A stretch of DNA of 36,280 nt from a virus (taxonomy: Duplodnaviria > Caudoviricetes): IMG/VR virus record IMGVR_UViG_3300030372_001513, positions 1 to 36,280 of that record, one strand, 5' to 3'. Below are positions 8,901 through 18,891 of the stretch, in pieces (position 1 is the first letter of the stretch; each line of letters opens with the position of its first letter). A model generated the notes under the pieces. The model made no database searches and was not told the DNA's origin. It saw nothing but the letters and a program-made list of their open reading frames with translations. Made by a program: the position numbers and the translations under genes.

Positions 8901-10742
8901 TTCTGATTGAAGACTACTCCAACCTTTACTTTTCAAAGCTTTAACTATGTTTTTAAAGTTTGCAATATTAGGTTCATCAACATATTTTAATAATACTGTT
9001 TGTGTTGGATTTAAGTTTTTGTCTCCTAAATCAGTTGTAGTAAAGTCCTTAGAATTAGCTTTTACAAAAGCTTGATCTGTTGGTACATCAATTTTTAAAC
9101 CAGCAGTACCTTCTCCTAATGCTTTAAAAGAACCTGTTTTATCTTTAACAATATTTTTAATTTTATTATGTATATTATCTCCATGTTTTCTTACTGAATT
9201 AACGCTTATACCTTGTTCTTCTAATAATTTTGTTAATCTTTCTTGTGTTCTTATTTGACTTTCAGTTGCTTTTCTTTTTAAGAATCTTTGACTTCTCATA
9301 ATATATGCAACTTTATCTATATCAGAATTAAAATTTAATTGAACATTTCCGTATCTTGGATTCATTTTGACAAACCCTTTTGGTAAGACAAAGTCACCTA
9401 TATTTACTTCTCCTATATTGAATTTTGTTTTTGTTTTATTATCTATAGATTCATCTAAATTTTTTATTTCAGGTTCTACCTGACCTTCTACCATTTTAAT
9501 TTTACTGGTATCTATATCATCACCATCTACGTTTGCTTTTTTAGTTGGGTTGTCATCAACAGCTTTTTTAAATTTATTAAGAACTGAAAAAATCTTATCT
9601 AATTTCTTCTTATCATTTTTTGTGATAAGTTTATTTATTTCATCAGCATTTTTATCAGCAAATTTATTAAGGTACTTTTCAAATTGATTCATAGTACCTT
9701 TAAAAGTTGCACCAAAAGTACCTCCTAAACCTATAGCTGTTAAATATTCTTGTACGCTAGGAAACTTTTTTTCATCTATTAGTTTTCTAATAGTTAGTTC
9801 TGTACCTGCCAAAGTACCACCAAAAAGACCTGATTGTCTTATACCTTTCCAACCTTTAGCTGTAGAACCAAAAGGTATAGCTTGCACTACCATGGCACTA
9901 AAAGCTTCTCCATAATTTATTTGACCACCAAAACCAACTTTAGCTTTATCACCTAATCTTGCTTTTTGTGAAGCAATACTTAGTTCCCAACCAACACCTG
10001 CATTAAGTATTACATTTATAGCAATACCCCAAGGACCCATACCGAGCAAAGGTGCAGTAGCAGCATCAGTAGCCAAACCTCCACCAATCTCTAACCCAAG
10101 ACCTTGTACTTGTCTGACCCAAGGTTTTAAATTATTTCTATCTGGGTTTTCCCACTCAATACCTTTCTCGTCATATTCAGCTATAACTTTGTTTAATCCA
10201 TCTTGAAATTCTTCGCTGTCAACTACATTCAAGGGAATACCGTCATTTAGAAAATCCCAAAATCTAATTCCTGTATGTTTTTCAAATATGTTTTGTGCTT
10301 CTATTCTTTGTTTTGGTCTCTTCATATTACGCAAGATATATTCTTTGTACCCAATAAAGTTCAAAGCTCCGTCACTTATATGACTATTTATTTGTTCTTT
10401 TGCTTTTTCAGTATTACCTTCAGCCTGTAGATATAAAGAAGTTAACTCTTGTGAAGGGTCAAACATATTTTCTTTATAAAAAGCAAAATTACCTGCGTCA
10501 TCTGCTTCATCATCATCATTAAACATGGTTAATTCGTCATCTTTAAATAAAGTCTCATAAGTATCTTTCATGCTTATGTCTTCATTCCAATCAAAATAAC
10601 TATTTACTTGTGTATTATTTCCACCTGTAGTTTCTGGTTCATAAGCAACATTATTATCAAACTTGATAAACGTATTATCAAAAGGGTCAAGTGCTATTGG
10701 TTCTGGCACTTGAGCTGTGTTATCTTTTTTTTCTTCAGCCAT
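5952..10742 (-). CDS. Internal virion protein D (gp16-like)
   Basis: 1596 aa, synteny, F.RTP.N motif typical of gp16-like ejection proteins. Confidence 0.8.
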   Translation of the reverse strand: MAEEKKDNTAQVPEPIALDPFDNTFIKFDNNVAYEPETTGGNNTQVNSYFDWNEDISMKDTYETLFKDDELTMFNDDDEADDAGNFAFYKENMFDPSQELTSLYLQAEGNTEKAKEQINSHISDGALNFIGYKEYILRNMKRPKQRIEAQNIFEKHTGIRFWDFLNDGIPLNVVDSEEFQDGLNKVIAEYDEKGIEWENPDRNNLKPWVRQVQGLGLEIGGGLATDAATAPLLGMGPWGIAINVILNAGVGWELSIASQKARLGDKAKVGFGGQINYGEAFSAMVVQAIPFGSTAKGWKGIRQSGLFGGTLAGTELTIRKLIDEKKFPSVQEYLTAIGLGGTFGATFKGTMNQFEKYLNKFADKNADEINKLITKNDKKKLDKIFSVLNKFKKAVDDNPTKKANVDGDDIDTSKIKMVEGQVEPEIKNLDESIDNKTKTKFNIGEVNIGDFVLPKGFVKMNPRYGNVQLNFNSDIDKVAYIMRSQRFLKRKATESQIRTQERLTKLLEEQGISVNSVRKHGDNIHNKIKNIVKDKTGSFKALGEGTAGLKIDVPTDQAFVKANSKDFTTTDLGDKNLNPTQTVLLKYVDEPNIANFKNIVKALKSKGWSSLQSETDQETLIKALGLFDPEQKDFSKKIIDLSKTKLIESEAQKIENFHGITKQKEVNAALAITAVMSAENLNNANNAYLKALNSKNPENIEIAIVDLANKIDDMKKWLTNYLVPASRAGQTLEKLNIKVKKNMGGKTAAEYMADEVPQPKSFNEEKFANTLDEVAFSAEDLKKDLSRNLELAKQTGDYSELYRIGKMIQVAEREPETLFGLTKVNAFKLQDDNPFNQSMRVVNEVGINGMLFRFGTNTANFISATLNTYHRQLKLFYGARNPEAFEAAMRHLAALHSNYHFMRTAYTKSMKLEDNFINIGNRKFENKFAIKTDAGGAKGAVVNNAGRAVRFSGRNMTATDAMVQAPNLIADVTYMAFIEAKRQGLQGDEINKFINKHKMAILEWYAQNGNKKLDDLTKRFLIHAKKQAKFSTFTQEIDTTGPFGGISKFADDKANQFPALRFMLSFTRTPTNLKEANYRNNPLFVPIVNPVSMQPVNFPKGLPVVGGRNLNPMSEVFIPQLSKQLNSPDPKIRALAIGDINHAISVVTAIGGFAVGANLLMQDPTYIPPIILTGGGPDFGKKEGKAMWINKYKNGWRPYSIGRLQYDENGEPKIGEDGKPVYRYDSYEGWLEPVAGSIKTIVDVTNSLGMFNGKPYDDLTTGLVVSVLQNMYNDSWTSQFEEFINIFRDATAPTDSSGDAVKNYRIKKVGDFVGRQITSRLPFSGLVSDLRRYPNDILRVMGFSHKEIKEIKGNLGPFRANQQRPDTKVRAGDVLTTGDPTDPQYEKSGPFAILNRSVLNQFKAKYGIGPDIPFDVEHITNEPIEYPNRIGGNVFGVSVTSKSKNQPIWTALAQIGKRIQEPSEFITGDFSKENFVPIRLDTNEYNALKIRINTLEIDAGFGEGTILESMNTYLKSPDYTSNRDIIDAEGLNSKAGQVAANAIFAELTYINKTYIGIAEQEYIDNNFSSNEQDRIMNYKSGIQIDYSDKYLRNLSN

Positions 10743-10743
10743 G

Positions 10744-13416
10744 TTAAATAATTAGTTTTGAACCTGTTGGATCTATATTCCATAGGATATCAATTACTCG
10801 TTTTAATGTCTCTTCATCTTCTTTAATTGGTGCTTTTTCTAATAATTGTTCTTTAGTTGTTACCCCTGCATCTTTTAATCCTACATATTGATAAGGTCTA
10901 AGCATTTCATCAATTATATTTGTTGAATAAGCTCCGAAGGGATATTCTCTTATTCCTAATCTTGCTCTTGCTACTCGCATTAGAACTGATTGCATTACAC
11001 CAAATATATCATCTTCACTACTTAATATTGCTTCTGTAAGTACCATCTGTGCTATTGCATATTTGGCTTCTACATTTTCTTTAGTGTTATTCATAACCAA
11101 ATCAGTATATATTTCTTTTGCTTTATCTATAACTTTTTGAGATGACTTATCTGCATAAGCGTGGCTATATCCATCTTTTTCAACTTCAATAATAAAGTTT
11201 TTATCATTTTTCAAATTAGAACCTCTTGCCTTACTTCCATAAGAAACAGCACCATTAAATTGATTAAACTTATCAAGAGTTAATTGTAAATTATTCATAA
11301 CTACACCTTTTCCTCTATTCATATCTTCACCTGCTTCAGTAGGTATTTGGGAACCTCCTTCCCCTGCTAATTGAGTCTTAGGTTTATCTGTTGTTTCTTC
11401 TTCTTTTTTATTTGTAATAGTATTTGATACTGGTATAACTCCACCATCTGTAGTATTCATACTAACTTCTTCTGTAAATAAGTTTTTAAAGAAACCTTTA
11501 AGTCCTCCATTTTTGTTTGTATCACTTGTCTTATCTTCAAGTATGTTATATTTTCTACCATCACTTATTCTGGAAAAAGATCCGTCATCATTTTCTTGTA
11601 CCCTGCCTTTCTTAAATAAGTTATCAAATTCTTGTTGCGTTACATTAATAGGAGTGTCATCTATACCTTCATCTTTAAGATCAATACCTAATTCTTCTTG
11701 TGCTTCAAACCATAAACCATTCTCTTTTAACTTATAGGTCTTAAGTGTTTTATTATTATTTAATCGTAAAATATCTTTTCTATAATTTTTCATGGCTTCT
11801 TCTATACCCTCTCTAAATTCTTCTGGGTTATTAGCTTCTTTTGAAATTCTTATAATTTCTTTATTTAAAAATTGTGTTGCATCAGAAAAATAAAGTTCTA
11901 CATTTTTTCTTGTTCTCCAAGGATTAGCTTGATTAGTACCGCCTAATAAATCTTTACTGTCATCAATTAAGTTTTTAATTCTTGTTCTATATAAAGACAA
12001 CCTATCTTTACCTAAATGAGTTGTAATCATTGTCTTTAAAGCATTTAATTCTGTTGTGTCTTCATCTGTTACTGTTTTACCTAGACTTATTTGAAATCTT
12101 CTTAACTCATTTAATGCTTGTAATGGACTAGCAAAATTTCTGTTAATTATTTTTACAGCAAAATCGTCATAAAATTCATCTCTACTTACATCTAAATCTT
12201 CTATAACGTCTAAAAATATATCTGGGGTATCTTTAAAAATAGTTGCTAATTGATTTAAAGCACTTGTATTACGAACTGATACTCCGTCTTCTCCATCTGT
12301 AGTAAATTCAAAATCTGTTAATGCTTTTTCAATTTGTGGTCTTATAATTTTATTTATCTTTCTTTCTTTAAAAGCATCATAATTATTCTCAGCCGTAATC
12401 ATACGAGACATCATAGTATTCCAATCCTTACCAAGATATTTCATTAAATTATCTTGTACTTTTGTGCCATCTTTTAATGTTGTTACTGGTCCTACTTTTA
12501 CTTGACCTATAAGATTTTTAAAATTTTTAACTGCAACAACTCCACTTTTATTATTTTTTAAATTAAGATCAAAAATTATTTCTGCTAACTCTAAAGCATT
12601 TTTTGTCATGGCTGTAGGACTAACAGTACCTATTGCTCCTATTGAATCTAAATAAGACACTTCTCCATTAATATTTTTTAAAGCCACACTAAGTTTTGAC
12701 TCAGGATTATTTATATCTATATCTTCTAATTTATTAAAATCTATTGTTGAAAAATTAGCTAAAACTGTATCTGTAAAACTACTGTTTTGTAAGTTAGTAA
12801 CAAATTTACGATTATTTTCTTCTTGATTTGTATATGCCTTATTTACTGCTTTAGCTACTTCTGGCATAAAATATTGATTTATAAATGAAGGTCTAATACC
12901 ATTTACATCTGTTTGTTGTGTTGAAGTAAATTCAGATATAGCTTCTTTAAATTCGTTTGAATTAACATCAAATTCTCTTAATGGGGTTTGTCTGACAACT
13001 CCATCTGTACCTTCTACAGAAATAATTTTATTATTTAAAAATTGATTTAACTTACCTTCTTGTGCTAGTCCAGCATTAATAGCAAGTCTTTTTTCTATAC
13101 CTGCTCTTACAAAAATATTATTACCTAAAATTTGTTTAGATTCTTTTTTATTAGAACTTTTTAAAGCGTTACTGAATTCTTTAAGCTTTTCGGGATTTGC
13201 CATTAATACATCTATCTCTCCTTTTTGAATACCAGCTTCTTTTTCTCTTTCTATTCGTTGTTGTAAAATTGCTTGAATAGTAGGATTAACGGACGATAAA
13301 GTTTCTGCAAAAGCTACAAGTCTGCTTTTAGGTTGAGTAGTAACAGGATCCACATAAGTTGGTACTGGTTGGTCAAAATTTTGTCTTGCTGCTGGTGATA
13401 AAAAACTATTAGACAT
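10744..13416 (-). CDS. Internal virion protein C (gp15-like) with C-terminal SleB/Hydrolase_2-like domain
   Basis: 890 aa, synteny; C-terminal AQMVLTEA...GVMQSVLMRV...IIDEMLRPYQY. Confidence 0.75.
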   Translation of the reverse strand: MSNSFLSPAARQNFDQPVPTYVDPVTTQPKSRLVAFAETLSSVNPTIQAILQQRIEREKEAGIQKGEIDVLMANPEKLKEFSNALKSSNKKESKQILGNNIFVRAGIEKRLAINAGLAQEGKLNQFLNNKIISVEGTDGVVRQTPLREFDVNSNEFKEAISEFTSTQQTDVNGIRPSFINQYFMPEVAKAVNKAYTNQEENNRKFVTNLQNSSFTDTVLANFSTIDFNKLEDIDINNPESKLSVALKNINGEVSYLDSIGAIGTVSPTAMTKNALELAEIIFDLNLKNNKSGVVAVKNFKNLIGQVKVGPVTTLKDGTKVQDNLMKYLGKDWNTMMSRMITAENNYDAFKERKINKIIRPQIEKALTDFEFTTDGEDGVSVRNTSALNQLATIFKDTPDIFLDVIEDLDVSRDEFYDDFAVKIINRNFASPLQALNELRRFQISLGKTVTDEDTTELNALKTMITTHLGKDRLSLYRTRIKNLIDDSKDLLGGTNQANPWRTRKNVELYFSDATQFLNKEIIRISKEANNPEEFREGIEEAMKNYRKDILRLNNNKTLKTYKLKENGLWFEAQEELGIDLKDEGIDDTPINVTQQEFDNLFKKGRVQENDDGSFSRISDGRKYNILEDKTSDTNKNGGLKGFFKNLFTEEVSMNTTDGGVIPVSNTITNKKEEETTDKPKTQLAGEGGSQIPTEAGEDMNRGKGVVMNNLQLTLDKFNQFNGAVSYGSKARGSNLKNDKNFIIEVEKDGYSHAYADKSSQKVIDKAKEIYTDLVMNNTKENVEAKYAIAQMVLTEAILSSEDDIFGVMQSVLMRVARARLGIREYPFGAYSTNIIDEMLRPYQYVGLKDAGVTTKEQLLEKAPIKEDEETLKRVIDILWNIDPTGSKLII

Positions 13417-13418
13417 AA

Positions 13419-14000
13419 TTAACTTAAACCTGCGGTAATTCCAGAATAAGTGTTAAAACCACTTACACCTATATTTAATAAAGTTTGACCAAGTGAAGGT
13501 ATTTGGTTGTAAGCTTCATTAATATTACTTTGAAGAGAGTTTCTTCTATTCATAAAGGTTGCTTCTGTTGATGCAATATTTCTATCATATTGTCTTCTAA
13601 ATGATTCTAAAGATTGATTTATTGATTCTCTGTAATTAGCACCTTGTCTTTCGTTATCTTGTAAGAGTAAACCAACTGTTGTGCCAGCACGTTCAGATGC
13701 AACAATTGATCTACTAGCTTGTAAAACTTCTATATTTTTAGCAAATATATTTTGTGCATCTGCTTTCTCTTTAGCTGCTTTTGCATCTGCTAACGCTTGT
13801 TGTTGTTGTCTTTTATCATCTTCTGCTGATTGATTGGCAGCTAAAGCTGCTTGATATGTTTGTCTTGCGTTTGATTTTGCAACAGCCCTACCTAAGAAAG
13901 CATTAGCAGCAGTAAGACCTAAACCAACATTAAATGCAGTTGCAGCAGACAACCCACCTGCAAGTTTGGCTGTTCCAAGTAAAGCAGCACCAACACACAT
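13419..14000 (-). CDS. Internal virion protein B (gp14-like)
   Basis: MC start, Ala/Gly-rich N-terminus, helical Q/A-rich body, synteny. Confidence 0.8.
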   Translation of the reverse strand: MCVGAALLGTAKLAGGLSAATAFNVGLGLTAANAFLGRAVAKSNARQTYQAALAANQSAEDDKRQQQQALADAKAAKEKADAQNIFAKNIEVLQASRSIVASERAGTTVGLLLQDNERQGANYRESINQSLESFRRQYDRNIASTEATFMNRRNSLQSNINEAYNQIPSLGQTLLNIGVSGFNTYSGITAGLS

Positions 14001-14453
14001 TTAAGCTATCCTCAGAAATTCGTAGAATGGTTTGTTTGATGTACCATATTCTTTATGGTAATTAATAAATGTAAAACCAAGTGTCTTTAACCACTTTATA
14101 GCAGATGTATTCTCTGCATATACATAATTATAAAGCATATTATATGTTATCAAAAGATTATCAACCCATTCTCTACCTTGTCTTATTAACTGTATTCTAT
14201 ATTTTTTATTATTAAACAGTTCATCTGTAGCAACCATCCATATACAACCATCTTCAAATACACCACATAAACCTATGGGATTATCATTATCATCTGCAAT
14301 AGTCATATTGGTTTGACTACCTAAAAATGTGAAGCTTAACGCATCTTCTGGAGTCATTCCTGTTTGATAATGTGCTTCTATTTTATCCATCATCCTCATG
14401 TTATTTACTACATGTTTAAAGTCTTTTAACTTTGCTTTTCTTAAATAACCCAT
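14001..14453 (-). CDS. gp13-like internal virion protein A / GNAT-fold protein
   Basis: 150 aa, NYVYAEN..AIKWLK.LGF motif, synteny. Confidence 0.8.
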   Translation of the reverse strand: MGYLRKAKLKDFKHVVNNMRMMDKIEAHYQTGMTPEDALSFTFLGSQTNMTIADDNDNPIGLCGVFEDGCIWMVATDELFNNKKYRIQLIRQGREWVDNLLITYNMLYNYVYAENTSAIKWLKTLGFTFINYHKEYGTSNKPFYEFLRIA

Positions 14454-16903
14454 TAAGTTCTTCTTGAACTCCTAATATGAAAGACTCCTTCATATTCTGC
14501 ACTAGCCAAACGAGTTGGCAAGAAGGTATTATTTTTTACATCTATATTTACCCTGTCTGATTTACTCATAATCGGTACTTTAAATGTACCAGTATCTAAA
14601 TTTATCTCTCCAATAGCAGAGGAAGCAGTACCAAGCAGACGACCAGTAAATTTATGAATACTTGTATCTCTATTTTCTGGTGTTACTTCTACTTGAAAGA
14701 AGCCAGCATCTTCATATTTAAAATAAAAATGATGTATTTGTAATCTGCCACTAATCATTTCTGGTGTACCCCCACCAGAATCAGCTTTTTGTTTACTAAA
14801 TCTATAGTGCATTTCATAAGGTTCACCAATAATAAACTTACTATTTCTAAAATCTCCTATAGCTGTAATGGTAGAAGTAGAACCATCAGTAGTGTTTGTA
14901 GTTTGCAAGACCTGACCTGATACTAAAGTCTTTGTATTACCTTGAGCATCTACAAAAGTACTTGTCTCTCCTGTAGCTAGATACCTTCCTACAACTGTCA
15001 TATTAGCTCTTAGTCTATAAGGAACTGTAAAGGTAGAAAGACCTGTGCCAGAGCTATAAGAGACTGATACACCTGACGTTGCTTCTGTTACTTTATGATC
15101 TAAATGGTATTCAAAGGTTGAGTTAGGTTCTTTAAAGTCTGTCTCAAAAGGTATCTTTTCTAAAGTTACTTTGTTTGCTTCTTCTATTACTGCAAATAAA
15201 TCTGTACCAATAAAATCTACATTTAAGATTGATCTATTTGAATTAATTGTAAAAGTAAACCAAGCATTTATTTGTTTTACAAAACCATCTCCATACAACC
15301 AACGATTAACATATAGCTTATTTGGATTATCAGTACCTAATAAAACTAAAATATCTTGGTTGTTTGATACAGCCATCTTATATATACCACTAGGTATCAG
15401 TCTTGGTACATGAATAGTTGTATTAGCTGCATCTCTTATTTGTTGACCACCTTGAATTATATATTCTCTAACACCTGCAAAAGATCCTTTCTTAGTTAAA
15501 AAATAAATAGAAGTACCAGAACCAACAGGGTTTGCATCAGCACTACTTTCAAATTCTGTTGCAACTAACACGTTAGCTGTTTTAGGTGTAAGGTTATCTG
15601 CTGAACTTGTTAATACAAATTGCGTTTGTTCTGAAAATAATATTAGTTTTTCCCCTATCGTTACTGCACTTTTTAAAACAGCAACTTTAGTATGAGAAGC
15701 AGCTACATCTATAGGCTCACTATCTAATACTGATATAACAGTCTCAGGAAAGAAGTTAAAAAACTCTGATACACGACTAAGTATTACATTATCACCTGCA
15801 AGAAAACCTAATCTATTTCTAAAAAAGAATACGTTATTAATTTTATTACCAATAAAAGAAGGATTAGGTGCTGATATAAGATCACCTACAGTTCTTTCAC
15901 CCCACTTAGGAAGGTCAAATGATTGACCACCTGCTGTATAAGTATCTCCATCTACCCTTGCAAATCTAAAGTTACCATCAGCCTGACGTATAAGAACGTG
16001 TGGCATGGTTGCATAATCAAACTTAAAAGCAATACCAGACTCTACTGTTTCTTCCCATTGACCTTCTTCAAAAGCTCCTCCGTTATTGGTTACAAACTTA
16101 ACGTAATAATTATCAAAGTTAGTATCTTCATCTCCTTTTACTTCAACAACATATCCATTAGGTGAAACAGGAGGTAGATCAGTAAATCTTTGAACTGTAT
16201 CTTTTATTATCGTCATCTTTGTATCACCTTGAGTATCACTTCCATCTATAGAAAAATTACTACCATCATTCTTTTTGATATGTAAGACAGGTCCATTCTG
16301 TGCAATAGTAAAACCAGTTAATGCAGAGTTCAAACTGTTTCTTAGACTTGTTGCTACAGTATCGGTGCTTAAAGGATCATCACCATCAGTATCTTTCGTA
16401 ACTGTATTACCATCAACTGTGACAGTATAAGTAGTTTTAGACGTAGCTTGATTTATAAATACAATAGCTTGAGTATCAGTACCAGCAGACAAAGCACTAT
16501 CCATAGCTGCTGTAATACTTGTATTAACAACAAAAGTGAAGTCAGCAATAGTTACAGTCTTTATAACTGATCTTGGTGTACTTGTATTTAGATAAGTGGT
16601 ACCATCAGGTTTATTTACAGTTAGTTCCGTACCATCTAATTCATATACTTTCACATTACCATTGCTAAATATTGCTACATACTGTTCGTTTGCATCTCTA
16701 TTAATAGTTTGTATATGAACATTACCAAGTGTTGAATTAGATAAGCTAGTTATAAACTGCAAGCCAGATCGTTTTGTAAGACCCAAGACAGGGTTACTAT
16801 CAGCATTGTCTTGTATATCAGCATGATCTGCTTGCTTCATCAGATCAGCAGCTTGTGAAACTCCTCTTAGTAAAGTAGGAATAGCTTTAGAAACAACTAC
16901 CAT
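14453..16903 (-). CDS. Tail tubular protein B (gp12)
   Basis: 816 aa, GVSQ N-terminus, FFRNRLGFL, GRLQI motifs. Confidence 0.92.
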   Translation of the reverse strand: MVVVSKAIPTLLRGVSQAADLMKQADHADIQDNADSNPVLGLTKRSGLQFITSLSNSTLGNVHIQTINRDANEQYVAIFSNGNVKVYELDGTELTVNKPDGTTYLNTSTPRSVIKTVTIADFTFVVNTSITAAMDSALSAGTDTQAIVFINQATSKTTYTVTVDGNTVTKDTDGDDPLSTDTVATSLRNSLNSALTGFTIAQNGPVLHIKKNDGSNFSIDGSDTQGDTKMTIIKDTVQRFTDLPPVSPNGYVVEVKGDEDTNFDNYYVKFVTNNGGAFEEGQWEETVESGIAFKFDYATMPHVLIRQADGNFRFARVDGDTYTAGGQSFDLPKWGERTVGDLISAPNPSFIGNKINNVFFFRNRLGFLAGDNVILSRVSEFFNFFPETVISVLDSEPIDVAASHTKVAVLKSAVTIGEKLILFSEQTQFVLTSSADNLTPKTANVLVATEFESSADANPVGSGTSIYFLTKKGSFAGVREYIIQGGQQIRDAANTTIHVPRLIPSGIYKMAVSNNQDILVLLGTDNPNKLYVNRWLYGDGFVKQINAWFTFTINSNRSILNVDFIGTDLFAVIEEANKVTLEKIPFETDFKEPNSTFEYHLDHKVTEATSGVSVSYSSGTGLSTFTVPYRLRANMTVVGRYLATGETSTFVDAQGNTKTLVSGQVLQTTNTTDGSTSTITAIGDFRNSKFIIGEPYEMHYRFSKQKADSGGGTPEMISGRLQIHHFYFKYEDAGFFQVEVTPENRDTSIHKFTGRLLGTASSAIGEINLDTGTFKVPIMSKSDRVNIDVKNNTFLPTRLASAEYEGVFHIRSSRRT

Positions 16904-16905
16904 AA

Positions 16906-17514
16906 CTATCTAATTAATGCTTTTGAAGGATTGTAAGTATCAAAGACATTTGTTATAGAAGGATCTCCTCTAAGAATGTTATGATCCCCATTTGCTAAAT
17001 CTGTCTCCATTAGTATAGCTCTAGCCCTTACTTCATCTTGTTGTGTATAAGTTCTAAGTCCCTGATCGCTTACCAACCTATCAACAAAAACTCTTGCAGC
17101 TTTTATTGTCATATAATATCTAGCTGGTTCTGGTATTTCATCAAAGTCTCTAAGATATACAACAGTACAAATTAAGTCTTCATCAAATTCAAACTTATTA
17201 TTTAATCTGTCATATAGTTTTAAACCTCTTTGTATTGCATCAACTGTTGTATGTTGATGAATATTAGGATCTACTCTTAACGCATCTATAGGCAAGCTAA
17301 TCTGATTAGATCCATCTCTTGTAAGAGTTACATCTATTTCGGTATTGAAAGACCAACCTTCCATCTGAACTTTTTTATTTATTTCGTTCAAAGTAGATTG
17401 TGCGATCTTTGCATCAACAGGAAGTGTACCTGTCAAAGAGTTGATAGGAGCTTCACCAATAGCAGACAACATTATGTTGATTGCTTCAAGCTCTGTAGTT
17501 GCTGCTACTGCCAT
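16906..17514 (-). CDS. Tail tubular protein A (gp11)
   Basis: TELEAINIMLSAIGEAP, GWSFNTE motifs. Confidence 0.93.
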   Translation of the reverse strand: MAVAATTELEAINIMLSAIGEAPINSLTGTLPVDAKIAQSTLNEINKKVQMEGWSFNTEIDVTLTRDGSNQISLPIDALRVDPNIHQHTTVDAIQRGLKLYDRLNNKFEFDEDLICTVVYLRDFDEIPEPARYYMTIKAARVFVDRLVSDQGLRTYTQQDEVRARAILMETDLANGDHNILRGDPSITNVFDTYNPSKALIR

Positions 17515-17516
17515 AA

Positions 17517-17597
17517 TTAGTATTTAATTTTTAAGGAATCTCTACCACCTTTCATCTTTTTCTTTTTTTTCTTTTCCATTGATTTTCCGTAGCCCAT
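17517..17597 (-). CDS. Putative 26-aa basic peptide
   Basis: MGYGKSMEKKKKKKMKGGRDSLKIKY*, GGAG SD, fills the gap between terminator and gp11. Confidence 0.6.
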   Translation of the reverse strand: MGYGKSMEKKKKKKMKGGRDSLKIKY

Positions 17598-17614
17598 AAT
17601 AATCTCCAAATGAT

Positions 17615-17645
17615 AAAAGAAAGGTACTCATTAAGAGTACCCTTC
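17615..17645 (-). terminator. Intrinsic terminator after capsid gene (T-phi equivalent)
   Basis: GGTACTC-TTAAT-GAGTACC stem then TTTCTTTT. Confidence 0.85.
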
Positions 17646-17653
17646 ATTGTTAA

Positions 17654-18569
17654 TTAAGATGCAGATAGTTTAATTGTAGCTGCACATTCTGGTCTAAGAA
17701 CACCATGACCTAACGCATACTTAGCAACCATTAAGGTTCCTTGATACATTATTCCATAGTCAGAGCCAGAAATTTCAGTTGTCATATCCATCAACTTAAC
17801 TGTACCAACAGCAGATTTGTGGAATACTAAACCGATAGTCTTACTATCATCACCTGAGTAAGTGTTGTTTGCACCACTTGGGTTTGATCCTACGTTACTT
17901 TGAGGTACGTTGTTGCTCATCATTACAGGAATACCTGCGACTTGCTGAACACGACCAGAAGCAAATGAACCATTACCACCAGGGTTAAAGTCAACATCTA
18001 CTGTTCTAGTTGCACTTTCGGCCAATTTATAATATTCGCTTGGAGGCAAGACAACGTATCTGTCTGTAGGAGGAATGTCACGCTCGTCAAATGTTTGAGC
18101 AATGTCATAGATAGCTGCTGCTATCTCGTCACCAGTAACATCAGAAGATGCTGTATTACCATTAGCAAGTGTAAGAACAATACCACCATCACCACCACTA
18201 AGGTTAGTAGAAGCTCTCGAAGCGTTAGCAATTTGCTTCGCTACGTTTTGGTCATACGTTCTGGCAAGTGCCTTACCTAGCTCATCAGCATAGGTAGCTC
18301 TAACGTCATAATGATTCTTGAGTTCATCAATATTAGCAATGAAACTCTGTGCAATTAATAGATCATCAATGTTGATAATCTTTTCGTTTGCCTTGATTTG
18401 GTTTGCTCCTACAAGTGGAGTTCCTACTGTGTGATATGCAGCAGTAGCAGTTCCTAATACTGGGAACTGTGCTGACTTACCACTTTGGATGGTACGAACT
18501 GAATGTAGTTGCTCATTAAAGATATTATTTCTAGCAAAAGCTGTAAGAACTTCACCAGAAAATACTTTA
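17654..18569 (-). CDS. Major capsid protein, exon 2
   Basis: Open frame from 18568: KVFSGEVLTAF...RTIQSGKSAQFP...IDDLL...G.GVLRPECA, T7 gp10 motifs; the ORF track shows only the last 131 aa. Confidence 0.95.
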
Positions 18570-18820
18570 CACGTTTGTTATCCTAAAGGCTCTTTATCCT
18601 TTAGTTCTACATCTTTACCATTGATGTAGGTCGGACTATATCTTCAACCCAGAGGGTTGCAAGGCACTCTTGGAAGCATTACTGAGTTTCCTCTCGGCTT
18701 CTAGTCTCTGAACCTTCCAGTTGGTGTACTGGCTTGGCTGCTGATTACCCCTTTATTGGTGGGCTTCCAGCAATTCACCTCGTTCATTCCTGTTATTACT
18801 AACAGAAAGCCCTAAAGTTA
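18570..18820 (-). ncRNA. Group I self-splicing intron (251 nt, no ORF, IA-like) in the major capsid gene
   Basis: P AATTGCTGGAA, Q AATCAGCAGC, R GTTCAGAGACTAGA, S AAGATATAGTCC; P1 with U.G, P10, terminal G; removal restores ...DALFLKVFSGEV... Confidence 0.95.
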
Positions 18821-18891
18821 AGGAATAAGGCATCAAAATCTGTGCCTGTATTGTTCACCAAACCAAGACGAGATGTGGTAGCGTTAGCCAT
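18821..18891 (-). CDS. Major capsid protein, exon 1 (spliced product 328 aa)
   Basis: AAGGAG SD; MANATTSRLGLVNNTGTDFDALF(L); 71+916=987 nt in frame. Confidence 0.93.

Noticed and set aside
17654-18049. 131-aa truncated capsid or pseudogene
   Set aside because: The frame is open to 18568 and joins exon 1 after intron removal.
18570-18820. Intron-encoded homing endonuclease or intein
   Set aside because: Only 251 nt, occupied by structural helices, with an in-frame stop.
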